A stretch of 64,000 nucleotides of DNA from assembly GCA_000708835.1 (NCBI GenBank), contig DF237470.1:800-64799 (forward strand), in the 5' to 3' direction. The notes under the pieces are model-generated. The model saw only the letters and a program-made list of their open reading frames with translations. It was not told the origin of the DNA and searched no databases. The position numbers and the translations under genes were made by a program. Below are positions 10,601 through 25,600 of this stretch, in pieces. Positions within the stretch are counted from its first letter, which is position 1, and each line of letters opens with the position of its first letter. The stretch is from Klebsormidium nitens (lineage: Eukaryota; Plantae; Klebsormidiophyceae).

Positions 10601-13600
10601 ACTGCTCAGGGGTGAGGACATCTGGGCGGCAAAGATTCTTCAAAACGACAGAATCAGTCAAGTAATTTGTCTGCATCATTGATACAACAAAAGCAGGGAT
10701 GTTGGAATTGGTTGACGCCCGCTCCAGAGAATCATCCTCCAAAACATTTCCCAGTCGAAAGGAAAATCAACCCTCAATCACTACAGGGGAAAGGAGCAGA
10801 CTCGCACAGAGCTTACTCAGAAGGTACCCGGATGTCGACGTCCAGCTGTTCCGGCGACAGATGAATCAAGTTGACCGCGTATCCGAGGAACCCTTCAGGC
10901 GGCTGGCCGCGGATCATGGGGGAAGCGATGCTCAGCAGCTTTTGCTGGTGATTCTCCAAGATCTGTAGCAGGGGAAAACGGCGGTGTCAAAGGGATGACG
11001 ATTCGGCTTTCAGCCCCCTCGGTGCTATTTAGGGAGGTTTAAGGATCGTACTTCGCAGGATTGCTCCAGGGCAGCTATCGCGGCTGGAACAGGGCCTATA
11101 TTTGGGTTTTAGTTTTCTCGTCTCTTTCTTACCGGGAGTTGAGCAACTCGCGGCCCTAAACGAAATCTGCAAGCTAGTGCAGTTTCCTTTCAACCAAACA
11201 TTCTTAGTTAAGTAAAGCTTTTCTGGATCGCCAATATCCACAATCGCTGCTCAAAGCAGTGAGATCAAAGTTGTGCGTAAAAAAAGGCGACGAGCTCCAA
11301 TCCATGTCGGGGCAAGCTTCCCGTTCAGCTAGTGACACCATGCTAACCGAAAACACGGGGGTTAGGCGCCTCTCTCGACAGACCTAAACTTGTCAAAAGC
11401 CTGCCTAGATAATATCTCCACATCTTCCTCACAGATGGTGATGCTTGTGCCAAGCTTCAGCTGTGCTGGGAGCCTGATTTAGTTGAAAGTTGATTGTGCT
11501 TATTCAACTCACCGGCCCAGAGAAGAAGTTGCGGGCGACTCCCGGCTTGTCCAGCGGGATGACGTCATAGCGGCCACGCAGCTCCACGTTGAGTCGTCCC
11601 GCTAGTCCTGCCAGTCCACGGGTACGGTCGATCGAGCCGTTGGGCGAGCGAACGTCGATACAAGCGGCTCTTCCTTCCTCGGTCTGTGGGAGGAAGAGCG
11701 TAGAGCGTTTAGCCTTAGGTTTTCGAATTGGAAGATATACGGTTAAGTGCCTGCATGGAGGTTACACCTGGCCTAGGCATTGACACGATGCACATGCCCG
11801 CATCACTTCAAATCGTTGAGTGTAGTTCTTCAGAGATATTAGGGTCAGGAAACAAGTCAGCTTCAAAACAGCTGGACTGAGGAATTGCCAAGCGCTAACC
11901 TGCTTGTAAACGCAGGGCGAGCAGACCTTTGACAAATTCCTCAGAAGACATCCTTTTGAGTTGCCGGAGCGTGCTTTGAACCCGTCGATGCCTGCCCCCC
12001 TTAATCGCAGATTTAGGTACCCAACGTACGATCCGAGCATCTAGACGACGTAATCAATTCAAAGCCTTCATTGAGGCCTTCGGAATAGCGACACTGGACA
12101 ATCCAAACCCTACTCTTCTTCGTCGCTTCATGAAACCCATCCACAGTACAAGGCACAGACTTTAAACTTCGTCGTCTGCGCTGAGACACAGTAAAACAAC
12201 ATACGGAAGCCGGCCCGCGGTTCGGTGCAGGCAGTTCACTTACCGTTTGCTCAGAACAAAAGGCAGGGACGCAAGACAATCGAGCTCACCCTGCAGACGA
12301 CGCTGTCCTTCTTGCCCCCGATCCATTCCATGAGCCGGGTATTGAGCGTATCGTCCTCCACCCGTCCCAGAAAGGCGACCACGCCTAGGAGCTCAGGCTC
12401 AAGGTCCGCCTGCCGAAAGTCGTCGGGGTGAAGGCCGCTACCAGGGGTCTGCATTGAACGCAAGAGTAATTGGTGCGTTTCGCCTTGCTTTTTGTCACTC
12501 TCAGAGTTCTTTCAATCCATTTAGAAGGGCAACCTCCTACGATTCAAAAGAATTGCTCGAAGAGGTTTCCAAAGGAGCGCCGTGGATGACTACGTACTTC
12601 ACCAGTGTTGTCGCACACTGAACTCAGCAGGCAGTGCCTCGTGGTCAGTCGGACTGCAGGGAAGCGTCGCAACGAATACCGTTTCGATGGATCTCAAAGA
12701 CATTGTTTGCTCATGCTGTCCCCGTCTGAACCGGCTGAGACGAGTTCATCGATAACCCACCCTCGAAAAGGGTCTATGAATCATCATTTTCGAGCCGAAG
12801 AGCTCATAGGAGAGAGCGGAACTAAGCAACAGCCTGCCTACAACCCTGGCTTTACCAGGCAGCCCCAGTCGTGGGTCGCAGCCCTTCAACCCGTGCCAAG
12901 CGAAATGGGCCCCAGGCACCTTCATTGTGACCAATTTCAAGCACAAACAAACCGGATACTTTCTCGTTCGCCACTCAGAATCTAATGCGAAGCCCAACTG
13001 TAAGAAGATTGCAAATTCGCTATCCTGCACCGATCCCGCGAGGGTGCGCAACACGACTCATCTCATCTTCGACCCTTACAGCTCCGTGGCTACCTGATCC
13101 TTTCTAGTACAAAGATTGCAACCAGATTTCAATGTTCATTGCGCGAACGACCCACCTGTACCGCTAGTTGTGCCACCGCAGCCCACGGCCGCCTCCCCCG
13201 AAAGTCCTGCAAGACAGCCCGCGAGTTCCGCTGCCCCGCCGCCGTCTCCGCTCGCTCTAGTTCATGGATCCGCCGGGCCGCGGCGCGCGCTCTTATCTCC
13301 AGCTCACCGAGCTCCGTCGCCAACTGTTTTCGCGCGGTTTGGATGTGCGCGCGCTTGCTGGCGCTGGCCTGCGCTTTCTGGCTGATTGAGAGTTGCTCGG
13401 CGACGAGTCTCTCGAGCGCGGATCGCAAGCTGGCCTCCTTGTTCCTGGCGTCCTGCAAAGAAAAGAGGAAGCCTTATTTGAAAATGTACCCGCGTCGGTC
13501 TTCGTGGCTTCGACCGTGCCCTCAGAGATCGGCAACCCGATAGCCCGGACAGCAAAGATGCCGAGAGTCTAGGTGTTCACGTCGCAATCTCACATATCCA

Positions 13601-16600
13601 GCAGACCAATAAATTCCACTGTCAAAGCCGGTAGCAACCTGCAGCCTTATCGAATTTTGCTGTCTCAAGGTGTTAGAGCCTCGCGGTCCTTTAAAAGAAC
13701 ACAAAAGCTGGGAGGAGAAGCGTCTTCTGCGGTGTATGTTTGCTGGACACAGAAAGGGTTATTTAGAACACGAGTGAATCCTCACTTTGTCCAGTATGTC
13801 AATTGAGGTCGGACATTCGTAGCCCGAGAGAAACTCATGTTGCTAGATGCAGCATCAGAACAGCAATCCCTCCTCAGGGCTGTAAAACTGTTGTTTGATT
13901 AAAGCTACAGCTACCCACGCAGCTGAACCGGGAGGGTCAGACACACCTTTGCGCAAATTAGAGAACCCTATTGGACGGCTTTATCTGCGCTTCAAGAGCA
14001 TTTTCGCTGAGAAAAGGAAGCTCACTCTCAGAGCTCCGGTGAGCCGAGCTTTATCACCCAGAACATGCCCCTCCTCCTCCGGATTGCGGTATACAAAATG
14101 CGACTTCGCCTCCTTCAAGCTCTTCATCCACTCCTTCATTTCCTCCCGTGCCAGTTCGCTTTCCGCTAGCCCGCACGCAAAGCTGTAGATGCCCGCTCCG
14201 CCGGAACCCATCTTCACCGCTTCGAACACCGCCTTTCCGTCCGTCACAACCGCCTCGACCGTTCCGCCGTCGACAGCGGAAACTATCTCCGGAACCTCCG
14301 CACTGCTGCTTCCCGCTTGGTCGCCCCTCACAAAAAGTGCCACCGCCAAGCCGCTGATTCTCGTGCAAACGTTTTTGTGCACGTCACGCAGCGTCACTTC
14401 CACCGGGCGTCCGGCCTCCGCTAGCTCTTCTCCTTCCGCGACCGTTTTCCTCATCCTAGTTGCGAAGTGCAGCTCCGCGGGGAGACCGTGCCGGACCTCT
14501 ACGGACCTGACACGTGTCCTTGTGTCCTTTCTGCCAGAGCCCAGTTTGTACTCGTGCGTGTGGGAGAAGTCAAGGAAGTATTCGCCGGCCTTCGTAGGCA
14601 CCGGGACGTCGACGAAAGAGAAGCGGGTGACCTTCTCATCGGCCTCGTTTTCTGCCGCGCCTGCAAAAGCACAAGAGCATTATAAGACACAAAGCAGGGT
14701 TCAGATCAAACGAACGCTCAAGGTCTGCTCAGAAATGTCAACTCAATGCAGTGCATGTGAATCTTGATACCTGCTTGAAATTGTGGGGTGTGTTCAAAAG
14801 CGTAACACCGCGCTTTCTTGCTCGAGATTTGTAATAAAACCTGCTTGTGTCTGCGACACCGTGAGAGAGACTTTGTCGGAAGGCACTGTCAGACGGCTTC
14901 TTATAACCTCAATTCTGAGGTCTTCCTGATGTCAAACTATGTTTTCTGACCCAGAACCAGGTTACACGATGCAGATTCGATGCCAACCAGGCGGTCCGTC
15001 GGCCATTAGACCCTGACCAAAGCGGACTTTGGAGTCAACATGGGCCTTTGCTGCCATATCCGGTGGTCGAAACAAGCGGACTCAGAGATTGGAGTACGCG
15101 AGGCCCAGTCTGTGTCTCAAAACTTAGCTATGTACTCCCTACTTTCAGCCGCAACTGATCGTAGGAAACAGCTTACCTTCGCTTTTGACGGACTTCTCTT
15201 TCTTGACGGAGTCCTTGGTGCGCGCGCGCTTGGCAGGGCGCTCTTGCGCTGACGGGCCGGCTTCGTCGCTGTTCTCTCCGGCGCCCCCTTCCCGGTCAGC
15301 ACATTCGTCCTCCGCTTGAAGCCGTCCGATGAGTTCCTTGCCGACCATTTCACCGGTGTCGTGCCGCTTGATTTGCAAGACCGGAGGGTCAACCTGAAAG
15401 GTTGAATCTTGCATGAGATTCTAAGAAGTCGAGTTGTAAAAAGGCGGAACGTTTGAATGTAAGATCGGGTCGGCTTCCGAAGGATAAGGACAAGTGCTGA
15501 ACCTGCTGAAGTGGCGAGCGTTGACCACCAAAGGGCCGCAAAAGTGACCAGCAAAGGACTCTGTGCATGAATTTTTAAAGGGCTGCTGAAGCAATGGCCT
15601 CACGCGACCAGCTCCACGATTCGCACACGTTTGACTACTTCATCTTTCAGTATTATCAGAATTGCTCCCTCGGCGTGTTTGCAAGGCCTCAGGTCAGAGC
15701 TGCAATGGGAGGAATGTCCATCAAAGAATACCGTGAATGCATTGGCAGATGAATTTGGCGCCTGGCAGGAAAGTTTCTTGGGACTTAAAGGACGGGGAGG
15801 TTTTCAGAGCCGAAACAAGACAAGCACATGACCTACTCAAGTCCGACTCGTGTGAACGGACGTGCAAGGACGCACTTGCGGTGACGTCAGCATGCCCTCG
15901 ACCCTGCGGCACGACACTCTGTCCGGTCGCCAGCAACAGTGACGTCAGTGGAGTATCCGGCCAGGCATGCAAGCCCGGTATTCCTCTCCCGATCGGCGAT
16001 GGGCTTCAATGGCAACAAGCTGCCTCCGGAAGGACCAAAGAGATTGACAGTTGCAAACTTTTGTCAAGTGTATTCACCTCTTCCAAGCTCCGCAATCTGC
16101 AGCGATCCGCGGAGAGGAGGTCCACGTACAGCGTTTCCAGCACAGTCCCCGACTCCGACCCCAGGTCCACCGCCATTGGGCTAGGATCCGGAAGCCTGAT
16201 ATCCCGCGGGTAGTTTCCCTCTTCGACTCTCAAATCGAATGTCGTGGGCTTCTCGAGACTGTTCTCCAGCCAGCAGTGGACGCGGTATTTCCCGGCTTCA
16301 AGTAATATTTGCGTTCTGCTGAACGTGACTTTGCCCTTGCGCATAGCGTCCACCCACCGCGCGCGCTGGCTTGCTGCCGCCGCATCGTACTGCGCTCCGA
16401 CCGGAGCAATCTCCTGTGAAAAAAAGGACCGAAAGAGTCTCAACGTGTGGCGCTTGTTGTTGGAAGTCCTAACTAAGAGCGCGGGCTGGATATATACAGT
16501 CGATGTCATCTGCGATCGCAGCCTACTGAACTCCGACCTGAGCAATTTCCTCCGATCTGAGCACGCGGGCCATCAATGAGTGGCGCAACTTGTTAGCGGG

Positions 16601-19600
16601 TATAAAAGGCGGGCTAGAGCAACCGAACAGCCAAGAATCTTCCTGCCAGTTATGAACAACAGTGCCAGAAGAGCACGAAGACTGCCAAACGTTCACAACT
16701 GAAATGATGATCAACGACTCAGCCGAAGCAGACTTTGGTCTTTCAGAAACTTCAGCCGACCGTTTTAGACCCTTCTTGGTATTCAGGGACGAGGCTGGGT
16801 TGCTCAAGCCAAAACTGTAAACCAGCTTGGTGAGCCATATCCTGCAAATCCTAGCAAACCAAGTTCTCCAAATAAAGTTGCTGCATGCAATTTCAAAAGA
16901 GTTGACTGCCTCGTCAAAACCACTCAGTGAAGAGCCCGCAACTAAAAAACTGCTGCACACAGCACCTTAATCACCTCATGTGTTGTCCAAAGCCCTCCGC
17001 GGTACAATAGTGTGCGCAGAATGAAAACGGCTGTGCGCTTTGCATAACCTCAGCCTTGAAAAGATCTTGCACGCAGTTATAGCGCGAGGGACCTAGAAAA
17101 GTCCACTACATGTAAGCACTGAACTGACCGGAACCAGATAGCAGGCAAAGCTCAAAAGGAGGAGCAGTTGCACGCATAGGCTTTGTGTGCACAGGAGGGG
17201 TAGATAAGAGCTCACCACGATGCAGGACTCCCTGTCACGCTGCGTGCAGACATTCTCTTGCGAGTCAAACGCGCGCGCTGTCAGCCCGTCCAGCCACTCC
17301 CCCCGGACCATTCTCATCGTTGTGGTCACCGGCGACTCCTCCATGACCGCCTCCAGCTTATCGAACTCCCCCGCGCACAGCCGAATCTTCCACTTCGCGG
17401 CTAACCGTGCCTCCGCTCTCGGCTCTTCCATTGAATCCCTGCTCGTTTCCACTTCTGGGAGGGAGAGCTTCAGGTGGTAACTTCCGGCCACGCCTTCCAA
17501 GCGCGCGTCGATTGCGTACTCGTTCTCGGTCCCGTCTACGAGCTCCGCTTGAGACACGTGTCCGAGGGTGGCGGCGTCTTGTGCCTGGCCGTCGAGGGAG
17601 AGCCGCAACTGCAAGAAGCGAGGGATGCAAGTGAGCGGAATGACCTTCTAGATGCTGTTGAAACTTCCTCTTTGTGAAGCTGCGGAATACGAACCCCTCT
17701 TGTCTCTCTGCGCACCGAAAGGGGTACAGGCTCCATAGCGAGAACTCCAGCTTGTCAGCAACAGTTGCGTGTTCGGCAAAACAAAGCGGCTTGGCAATTG
17801 AATCGAGATCGTTCTTTTCGGCTGGGTGAGCTCGCAGCTTGAATGAAAAATTGTTGAGACCGGTGTTGACATCATCTGCTTTGCTTACGTCAGAAGAGCC
17901 TAGGGTAGTGAACTTTTTGCTGGTCCCGCAGGCAGTACACTTAGCCAAGACAGACGTCCGCAAACCAGGACATACAGAAGCAGCCTGCATTGCGCTTGCG
18001 TTATTACGGGTACTTTCGTCGACAACCTTGAGTTTCAAAACACGAGTGCCCATAAGCCTCCATGCTAACCCGACCCACCTGTTGGAGGACGTCATTAGGG
18101 AGAGGTGCAGCCAGCTTGTTCGCATCGAACGACCGGAAAGAGAGCTTGGAAGTGGCCCCACAGGGCACCGACCCGGAGATAGACACGGGGTCCAGCATTC
18201 GGACGGGCCCGGCGTTGACTTGGATCTGCGATTGAGGAGGATTTAAGTCGATTACTTCCTCTCTTATTTCAATTCGCTGAGCGTTTTTGCGACCGACTTG
18301 GCCAGGCGACGTCATTAAGCAAAGCCGAGAAGTATTGTTTAGCGGTTTATGACAGGTAGATGCTTTGCAGCAACTCAAACAACAGCTCGATGCAGATTAT
18401 ACATTGGAAAGAAGAGTCATCCTCCGGACAAAGCTTGGGAATGCTGCCAATATTAACCACTTTGTTGGTCATGACAAACCGCATTCATTGGCGTGCTTGC
18501 GGCTGTTTGACTCCTTTCTCGTACATAAGTCACTGGTTGTCAGATTTGAGCGATACGATGAAGCCCGAGGCAGACCTAGCCAGGCATCGTCAATCAAGAT
18601 CGGAGTCAGACTCTCCGATTACATACTGATTGCCCTCTTAGTCAGTTGCGACCCCAGATCACGTGTTGGAATTCAACGCCAGAGAAACATCATATCAGAA
18701 GTCGTCAGGCTGGTCGCCCGTTTATTTCTTGCTTACCTTGACAGCCTTCTCGAGGTCGGTCCGAAGGCCCCCTCTCTGAACGGTCACCTTCAGCAGTCCG
18801 TCGACGACGCCCAGACGCCTTGGCAGAACCACCCCTTCCAGAACCGCCCGGCCGTTCTCGAAAGTCCTTCCGGGGGGGGCCTTCTTCGCCTTGGGATCCA
18901 GCCAGAGAGCCCAGGACCCTTCCGCGTCGCTGTCAAAGTTACCGTCCGGGTCTACCAGGGTTATCGTAACCTCATCCAAGGCCCCCCCGGCGATACCCGA
19001 CAGTTCTTCGCCGTCTTCGAGGTGTATGTGCAAGCCCACGACTTCGGCCGCTTTGCTCAGGAGCTCGGTGTCGCCTTGGCTGACAACGATCTTGCAGGTG
19101 GAGCCGTATGTCCCGCTCACCTGGGAATGCACAAAAATCTACTCAGACCCTGCCGTTACACTTTAGATGGATTCAAAAGATGTCCAGCGGCTTTTGCTCA
19201 TGCGCTGAAGCAGTTCGTCAAAGTGCGACCTTTAGCCAGAAAGGGTGCGCTCAGATGTTCCGGGTTTTTGCGGGCCATGAAGTCTGTTCTATCTTCGTGG
19301 GAATGCTCTGAAACAGCCCGTGCCAAAGGACTGCTGGCCCATCTTGTCTCGCGCTAGTTTGTCACTTCCACTCTTTGGTGGAAAGAAGCCTGGCTACAAA
19401 CGCGCAATCCCTGGCTTCCCTACAAAGTCGGCCTACGGAGCCCGGAATCACGTGATTCCAGATCTGGCAGCCAGATCGCTTTCCCGAGGCTTGCCTTTGC
19501 GAGAATCTAGTTGTAGAGTGTCTGCAGTGGCCGAGTTGCCATTCGTGGAGTCTGAAGGGTACCGCTTGAAGCTTGTGTAAAGCTGATGCAAGAATCAAAT

Positions 19601-22600
19601 CCTCATAAGAGATTGAAAGAGCGATGCGTAGCGACATACCGTCAGCTCTCCACCCAGGCTAATCTGGCCGTTCTCGTCTGTTTCGTTGACGAGGTGCTTG
19701 TTGCCTCCCATCTCAAACCCGTCCAAGTCGATCGTGAGCTCCGTCCCCTTTTCCAGGGGGTTGCCGAACTGCAGAAAAGATCTCGTAGCTTAAGTTAGAT
19801 ATGTACGAATTGATGCTAAAATAGCAAGCGGTAGGCACAAGGTACATCGCTCCGGTTTCAAAAGCGGCAAAGATCTTCAATTGTCCTGTCGAGCTTTTCA
19901 TGAATGACTTGAAGCTTTGCTGAAGAGTCTACATAGGTTGAGTCTCTAAACGGCACGTCGTCAGCTTGTGAGGTCGGCCTATCTAATACCGATGCTGGGT
20001 ATACAATCGACGCAAAAGCCAACCACCTGAAGAAGCTGTTTGAATGAGATGTATAGCACGCAGAATAAGCTCTGCTCGGCAGATCACGGAAATATGTGCA
20101 TTTACGGAAGAGCGCGCAGTCTCTATAATGAGTGAACGTTACAGAATAGATTACCTGGTCTCGGAAGGTCATCACAAACGAGTCGAAGACTTGGTCCGGT
20201 CGCAGAACAGTGGTGCCGTCCAAGGGCGGGTTGCTCTGCAACGAACACCTCTCCGCGTAACCAGGACCAGAATGCACTGCGAGTGAGAAGGAGTGGGTAA
20301 GAGAACGATTATGCGCCTGCAAGGCGATCCAAGGAGAGAGTGCTTCGTGGCGCCTTTCGGCGCCTTGAGGATGGTATTCAAGGATGGCTGACTTTAGCAT
20401 AGTTTTTTCACGTAAGAAGATACGCGGACGGCAGAAAGACATGGGTCAGCCTGACTATGAAGCACTATCAATATGTGGAGCTTCCTGAAAGGCTCCAGTT
20501 GTGCCAAACCACGAGCCTTACGAGATTTCCAAGGGCAAAGGCGAAAGACTGTCAACAGTTGCGCGCTAATAGAAGTGCTGTGGAATTTTGCTCTCGAAAC
20601 CGAGCACTGCGCGAACACCACAGTTCTCAGGTTAAAGCAAGCATAATGACCACATGTACGAGCCAGATTAAGAGTGCCCACTTGAGCTCTTACTCACATG
20701 TTAGGAAGATCTCGGCTTTATTGCGGTCCGCCGTCTCTTCCGACACGTCACTGACTACGTGCCGGAACACCGGCGCGTCTGACGCCGGCATCAGCCGCAG
20801 GCAAACCTCCCGCAGCTCCGGTGTGAGTGCTGACGTTAGGATGATGTCAGCCACTTCCAGCTCCATGCCATCGTCCGACACGCTTGATTCGCCGTGTTTG
20901 AGATTGATCCTGTCGGCTTCGATTGCCGAGTAAGGAGGCAATGCTGCGAAGAACTTGTGCCGGAGGGGAAGAGGAGCATCAAACGCTTTCCGATTCCTGG
21001 CAAGAAGCAAAAGCTGGTTAGAGGAGGGCCCGACCACCAAACGAAATCGAAGTCGAAGCAGGTTTCGATTAGACCCCTGAGGGGAGTGCAAACCCGTGAA
21101 TCCCGTTCAGATTTAGGGACCTCGACTAAATTTGGTGCCGAGCAGATGCCAAACTCTGCAGAGAAACCAAGGGAAAAGGATGCTCGCAACAAATGGTCAA
21201 ACTCAGACGTGCCATCAAGGTCAGCAGTCTGCTAGCCTAGATTGACACCAGCCGACGTATCTGAATTGTCCCGCTGATTTACTAAGCCAGCATCAGATTT
21301 TTCCGAGGAGGATCAACACTCACCCCAGTTTGTCTTCTTGTCGCACCCGCAGATTGAACGGTATCCCAAGCCGGACTGGCAGAGCATCGTCAGAACTGGT
21401 TGCTTCGGCAAGCCACCACTTGGCCACCGTGTCGCGCGGTCGAACCGTGATGGTCCGGACGAGCGGTTTTACAGGAGGGTCGTGTTGGCCGCTCTGGAGA
21501 GATAAACGACCAAGCCAATGAGGCAAGACTAGAAACTCCTTGAAGCACGGCACGGACACTAAAAAACGATGAGCCAGGGTGAAAGCCGACGTCTTCGCAG
21601 AAGGGAGCCAACAAAGGGGGGCGAAAGATAGACGAAGGTGCAAAACGACTTAGGCGGACTTTGGACGACTGAAACGAAGATGGAACTAAAAGGATGTCAT
21701 CAGGCCGCACAATTGGATGCAAAAACAAAGAGGGTCTGAGGACGGAGAACGAAAAGGAGGGAATGGCCGACAAGAAGGGAAGAGCAGCTTTGGACCAGAA
21801 GTAGAAGGCAGTGCGACAAAACATGTAAGGAATACTGACAAAAGGGAGCGGAACAGACTCGAACTTGGAAGAGATCGAGGACCGGGCAAAGATGGGGCGC
21901 AATTACAACGGCTATAAATACAAGGAAGGGGTGCACTCTGACACCCGAACGAAAGGCTACATGACAGCTTACCACCACGAAAGTGAACCTGTAGGTTCCG
22001 GCTTCCCACAAGTAGGGCTTGCCCTTGACCGTGGGGAATGTGAAGAAGTACGTGGGGCCTTTGATCTTGGTTTGGCTTTCCAACCACACCGCAGCCTCTT
22101 TGTGACTGTACTCGCCCACCTCTCCGGCCGTGCTCGTGAATTGCACATCGAGTCGGACCTACAAATGAACGATGTGAAAGGTCAGTATCGTGCGCGTGCG
22201 TGTTTGGCATAGGCAGAGTGAAAGACCGCAGATGTGAATTGTCCGACCAGTCTCGGGTTCCTGACACTCCTACTCTTCGCCGTTGAGCAAAGGACTAAGA
22301 GACCTTGAACGAAATGACCAGCATTTGTGGGATCTGATTGCCGATTGCGACTCTTTTGAGGGATTGCCCAGAATTAGATTTCGTCGAACTTGTCCTTGTC
22401 AAAACCTGCAGTAAAGCAAGAGAATTCTGGATTTTGGATTATGTGAACTTTGTTGTTACAATCAGCGCAACCTAAGAACTATCAAGTCCCCGCTAGTAAA
22501 CCAAGCTGACTAGTACGAATGATCTGTGGATCTCTTACCTCAAGTCGTTTCTGGACAATGTTGCATTTAGCGAGCCGTCCGCCCTTCGACTCTACTCGTG

Positions 22601-25600
22601 GCCGCACGAGAACGCCAGCGTTGGGAAGCTTCTCGCCCGCTTGGAGCTCGGCACCATCGTGAGGAAACGCCTGCTAGAGCAGGAATACTGACGTCAATGT
22701 AGGTGTTAGCTGAAGGGGGACTCCTGAAGCGAAGTACTTAGAATCGCCGTTCTCCTGATCAACCAGATGGAGAACTTTCTGGCAACAAGCATTTTCCGCA
22801 ACAGGGGCAACTCAGAGTACCCGGCACCTCTCCAAAAGATGCTTGACACAGGTCAAAGAACGAGGAGTTTATAGGCATCCAGTAGGACTGTACAGAGTTG
22901 GAAAAATTCAGCTATGTGCTTCTTGCTTCAAATAAGTGACTTTGGACTGAGGACAAAGGAATGAGGACGAGACAGCGAAATGCTATTTTCACAGAAAACC
23001 GTCTCAGGTCCACGCATGTGATATAGACAACGGCCGCGTCTCAAAGTGACTGGCGGGGTTTACACAGTCTTCGCCAATCCGATTCGTGCCTAAAAGCAGA
23101 GAAGGTGTTCAAGAATCGCAAGCCGGTAATTTAAGGTATGTAGAATGCTGCAACGCCCATTTTGATAAAACAGCAAGCTTCGCACCTTTTCGCCAGCCCC
23201 GGCCGCCTCCTCCTCGTTCAGAATGTCCACGTAACCTGGCAGACTTGCCTCCTCGTCGCGAATCATCTTCGCCCAGTCTGCCGGGTTCACGCGGACAATC
23301 TGCGCGGCAACCAGAGCGTTCATGCCGTTTTCGCCAGCTCGAAGTGCTTACACGCAGAGCGAGAAACCCGCAGAGGAATCTTGCAATCCAAGGGCGCAAG
23401 GGGCTTCGACATAAGCGATGATTATCACTTGGAACGAGCAGAAGGCAGGTTGAGAAAGGGCATAAGCCTACGAGTATTGCGGCAAAAGTTTGGTGTCTGC
23501 AATAATTGCTTACGTCTTGAAGGATGATCCGATTCACGTGCGCAATCTCGCAGCCCGTTCCCAGGCGGAATCTGGGGAACTCGCCCCTCTCGGTCAGGAC
23601 GCTCGACCGGCATCTGTCAGGTTGGCTTCGATCGTGGGGGCGGTAGACGAACCTGCCACAATCCAGAAATCCAGTTTTCAATTTAGCAGCTCAAAAGAAG
23701 TCCAAGCTCGCGGCAGCTATGCTAAGACTTGGGCAGCTTGCTTGAAACAGAAGTTGTGCTTCGCAATTTCCGGCCGATATTCACATGCTGAGAACGAAGA
23801 GCCCCGCCGACTTGGTAGTTGTCCGCACTACTCCGGGAGCGCAGCGAGTGTTTGATGACAGCCTGCTGGCATCCAAGCTTGCCGCTACCAAAAGAACGAC
23901 CACCCTTACTTGGGGTAGCCGTTGACACAGCCACGATCTACCTCATTCCGAAAAAGACACCTACGACAAGGTGCCGTCTGACACGTTGGTATGCCCAGCA
24001 TCCATTCAAGCAAGATAACGCTTACACTGAAAAGGAGTCGTTTGCATCAACGCAGCATCATGACGACGTGCGTCAAAGAACCCTCGAATAAGCGAGCGTT
24101 CCACCAAAGTTCCAAACAAGGACGCTTCGAGCTTACCGGATGTCAGCGGGCGATTCATCCATCCCCGGGTACAGGAACCACTCGATGGTCGCAAAACGGC
24201 CCTTGGCCATCTTCACTCGGAGCTGTTGAGAGCCGTCCGATGCTGACGCCTCCCAGGTTCCCGGCTTGCCGTCGATGGGAATCTGGGCCCGTCTAAGGAA
24301 CGTCACCATCTCGAGGTCGATGCCCCCAAGAGAAGTGCGGAGCTGGTCGTCGCAGAGCACGAGCACCTTGCTCTCCTGGTCGCACTTAACCTGTACATCA
24401 AGAGCGAAAAGTTGCGGGGAATCCCTTGGATGGTCCAAGCATGCTTTTGTAAGCACGACCTATCTTGGAACACTTTCGCGGAACGTGTCGAGCTACGAAA
24501 CCAACTTCGCGCTTTCTTTCCGATTTTCACCGATAACTGAAACGGGAGGATTACAAAGCAATGGCGAGAAAGCACCAGCAGGACCTTGTCACTGAAAAGC
24601 GGAGAAGTATTGCCAGCGACATATGAAAGCCGTCATCTCACAAGATCCACTTGATCCACTTGTGAAACATTTTGGAGCATTTGAATTTCAACGTCATCTG
24701 CAGAGCTTGCTACAAAGGGCGTGATCGAATGGTTGTGAGCGCTGGCGGTTAACAAGCAAAAGTGCAATTTTCCTTGACGCGGGTATGTCTGCGACACTGA
24801 AGCATGGTTTTGAGGACGCTGCAATAATCAAGGGGGTCCACTAGAGACCAACGTCCTTATCACTCCGTGACCAAGAATAGGTTTCACAGACGCATGATTG
24901 CGTCATCGTACGCCATGCTCACCTCATCGTCCAGCAGCCTGTGCTGATTGAACACCCAGTTGCGGTACTGCTCCGCCAACTTGCCGACGTTCGTCACTTC
25001 GTCCCACCTCGGCCCACTTCGCCCTGACGTCAGCACTCGGATCTTCACTTTCACGCCCTTTGCCGTGCTCTTCGCAACCACTTCGTCTTTCTCGCCGAGC
25101 ATCATCAGGGCCCTGTTGAACGGCTTGTCGACCGCGAGCGCCGTCTTCGTCTCGGAGGGGGTGAAGCCTCCGTCCAGGTAGACGATGCCTCTCACCCGGT
25201 TCATAGCCTGCGACCAGAAATGAGCCGGGCCTTTGTTCATAAAGTGGTCATATTTGTATCCTTAATAATGCCGCATCGGCCCCAAGGGTGCGTACCGACC
25301 CTAGGAACCCACTTTGGACATAATGACATTCTTGGTTGCTCGGACCGACGGCTGAAACTTAATCCGTTTCAAAGGTGCGGAGGGCGCTGTACTATACTGT
25401 ACGCACAGACCCTATAAACTTTTTCGGGGTCGGGCCCACCCTAGAATGGTTGCGATCCCGAACTTTAGGATGGAATTTCCGCCTTAAGGGTGGAAGATCC
25501 ACCTTAAGGGTCTCAATTCCGACCCCAAGGGACGTCGCGATCTCAAATGTGACCACCCTAAAAGATGCACCTCAACTTTAGTAGGGATAATCGAGCAGAT

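Noticed and set aside
18365-19357. 330-aa plus-strand ORF
   Set aside because: Antisense shadow of SMCHD1/GMI1 exon 19090-18737 plus intron sequence, with no motifs.
25270-25590. Scattered CCCTAA/CCTTAAGG/TTTAGG motifs in an intron
   Set aside because: Too irregular to call a telomeric tract or a TE end.
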